In this document: piece by piece, positions 18,243-20,000 of the stretch
How the letters are laid out: every line of letters begins with the position of its first letter
Position numbering within the stretch: the first letter of the stretch is position 1
Origin: an uncultured virus (IMG/VR IMGVR_UViG_3300002231_000147)
Lineage: Duplodnaviria; Heunggongvirae; Uroviricota; Caudoviricetes
Length of the DNA stretch: 20,000 nucleotides
IMG/VR virus record: IMGVR_UViG_3300002231_000147
Location: 55,809 to 75,808 of that record
Reading direction: 5' to 3' (one strand)
The notes under the pieces: generated by a model
Told to the model about the DNA's origin: nothing
Databases searched by the model: none
Seen by the model: the letters and a program-made list of their open reading frames with translations, nothing else
Position numbers and translations under genes: made by a program

Positions 18243-18756
18243 ATGAATGAAAATGTAAAAACAATAACCTCCCCAGAACTATACGATCCACGTGATAATA
18301 TAGGTAAGAAAGTATTTTTAGCAGGTAGTATCGAACAAGATACTGCTACTAAATGGCAGACCGACTTGATTGATTATATCAAGCGACATACATCCGATAG
18401 GCGTGTAACGCTATTTAATCCACGTAGAGATGAATGGGATGCTTCTTGGGAACAAGATAAAGAAAATCCTGAATTTTATAAACAAGTCACATGGGAGTTG
18501 GGTGCATTGGATCATGCTGACGTGATCGCATTGTATCTTGATCCAAATACCAAAATCACCAATATCTCTCATAGAATTGGGGATTCATGTGAAGGATAGG
18601 AATCATATCAATGGCACATCAAAGCTTGTTGTATGCTGTCCTAAAGGCTTCTGGCGTAAAGGAAACGTTGACATCACCTGTAGTAGATACGGTGTTCAAT
18701 GCTTCTCGTCCATGGATGCGTGGAAAACTGAAATTGTTAATCGTATTGTGCATTAA
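18243..18756 (+). CDS. Nucleoside 2-deoxyribosyltransferase-like protein (extra A at ~18555)
   Basis: VFLAGSIE..WQ, FNPRRDEWD.SW.Q, QVTWEL.ALD.AD, corrected TKSPISLIELG, VCCPKGFWRKGNVDI. Confidence 0.85.
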
Positions 18757-18758
18757 TT

Positions 18759-19278
18759 ATGAGTGAAACATATAAGAATGGGGATTATAAAAGGTATTAT
18801 ACTGTAGATGAACTACGTATATTCGGGTTCTTTGAAGAACACCGATACCTATCTAATTTCCATAAATGTCCTGTATTGTGGGATGGTCATATGTTCCCTA
18901 GTTCGGAACATGCGTATATGGTAGCAAAGTGTAGATATCGGAACTACGGTAGTTCGGATACTCATTATAATGACCAATTAGCTTCATATATTAAAGATAT
19001 GTCATGTGCTCAAGTAAAGAAATGGGGTCAAATTGTTTATCTGCGTGAAGATTGGGAAGATGTTAAGAATAATATGATGTTTTCTATCTTGTTAGAGAAA
19101 TTTACTAGAAACAAAGATATCCGAGAGAAATTGATCAACACTGGTGATAAGATCATCATCGAAGCAAAACTCATGGGGTGATCAGTGGTGGGGATATGAT
19201 GTAGATGCCAAGAAGGGTGAGAATTATTTAGGACAAACATTAATGAAAGTAAGGGAGATTTTAAAATGGGACCAATAG
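18759..19278 (+). CDS. NADAR (YbiA-like) family protein (extra A at ~19168)
   Basis: YLSNFH, FPSSEHAYMVAK, KKWG..V.LREDWE, KFTRN..IREKLINTGD..IIE, corrected ANSWGDQWWG..GENYLGQTLMKVRE. Confidence 0.9.
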
Positions 19279-19976
19279 ATAAAGAAGGTATGATGCAGGT
19301 TGCTCTCGACTTAACCTTTAGTATTGCTGAGGATGAGACGAAGAGTATTATGGCACAATATGTGAAACTCAATGAAGAGGTGGGCGAACTTGCTGTAGAG
19401 GTGCTTATCCGTGAAGGATTAGAGAAACCAGAAAAAGGTGGTGACGATGGTATATTGGGTGAATGTGTGGATATTGCTCAAATTGCTATGAGTATATTTA
19501 CCAAGGCTGGTGGAACACCTGAAGACTTCATGAAAACACTACTTGAGAAGAATATGAAATGGAATAAATCTATTCAAAAGAGAGAAAGTAGTGTAGCAAA
19601 ATGCCAAGCGTTGATGAATTATAAAGAAGATCAGAAGCGTGCTGATTTGAGTAATAAAGAGGAAGTTGAGATAATCGAAGCTAATCGCCAATCTCATGAA
19701 GCGACTGTAAATGAGGTATTTACATTCACTCAAGATTATATGGGATTTAAGAAAGGATATGTTCTCGACTTAAGTGTAGTTAAAGAAGATGTTAAAAATG
19801 GTTTCAGTGAATATTATTCCCCAATGAGTGGGGGTATTCTATATTACAAGGGAGAAGAAATACCATATGATTATTTTGAATGTAGTGATGAGAATTGGAA
19901 ACATATATATGGAACAAAGATATGGAAAGATCATATTAAAAATTCAAACGATTATGAATTAGGTAGCGGTAGATAA
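19266..19976 (+). CDS. MazG-like all-alpha NTP pyrophosphohydrolase domain plus unknown C-terminal extension
   Basis: KLNEEVGELA...GECVDIAQ (EExxE...ExxD) and KNMKW. Confidence 0.75.
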   Translation: MGPIDKEGMMQVALDLTFSIAEDETKSIMAQYVKLNEEVGELAVEVLIREGLEKPEKGGDDGILGECVDIAQIAMSIFTKAGGTPEDFMKTLLEKNMKWNKSIQKRESSVAKCQALMNYKEDQKRADLSNKEEVEIIEANRQSHEATVNEVFTFTQDYMGFKKGYVLDLSVVKEDVKNGFSEYYSPMSGGILYYKGEEIPYDYFECSDENWKHIYGTKIWKDHIKNSNDYELGSGR

Positions 19977-19979
19977 ATT

Positions 19980-20000
19980 ATGGAAAAAAGTAAAACATTA
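19980..20000 (+). CDS. Start of next gene (truncated by the window)
   Basis: ATG 3 nt after the previous stop, open to the end (MEKSKTL). Confidence 0.4.

Noticed and set aside
290..19180. About 17 frameshifts across 11 genes as programmed frameshifting or pseudogenes
   Set aside because: All resolve as extra single bases, mostly in homopolymers. They hit essential genes (portal, protease) and the sequence contains Ns, which fits base-calling errors. Raw reads would settle it.
821..19733. Numerous short overlapping or antisense ORFs in the track (e.g. 7445..8017, 11877..12281, 16027..16425, 16547..16951)
   Set aside because: They are shadow ORFs of well-supported genes, with no recognisable motifs.
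1..20000. Stop-codon reassignment (TAG/TGA recoding)
   Set aside because: Broken genes continue in a different frame rather than through in-frame stops, and long genes are intact under the standard code.

Overview
This is a 20 kb fragment of a large AT-rich T4-like (Tevenvirinae-style) myophage genome, almost entirely on the + strand. The left part (1-12.6 kb) is a virion head/neck module: portal gp20 (5'-truncated), gp13-like neck protein, gp4-like head-completion nuclease, prohead protease gp21, a gp67-like mini-gene, scaffold gp22 and major capsid gp23. It is driven by T4-type late promoters (TATAAATA/TAAATA). A cassette of two paralogous BspA-type leucine-rich-repeat genes flanking a DUF4376-like gene is inserted between gp21 and gp22. 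After the gp23 terminator comes an accessory NAD+/ADP-ribose island: cyclic-phosphate receiver-like protein, CinA/PncC-like::NadD-like fusion, NadM-Nudix with an apparently degenerate adenylyltransferase domain, NAMPT/NadV, HAD phosphatase, lipoprotein, NDT-like protein, NADAR and MazG-like protein. The most notable signal is an exact 13-mer, CTAGATATAGATA, placed directly at the translation start of each of the three NAD-salvage genes, which suggests a dedicated regulon. Many genes are split in the ORF track by single-base insertions, mostly in homopolymers. Together with scattered Ns, these look like sequencing errors, so the coordinates below are for reconstructed full genes. All family calls come from motif recognition by eye; no database search was run.
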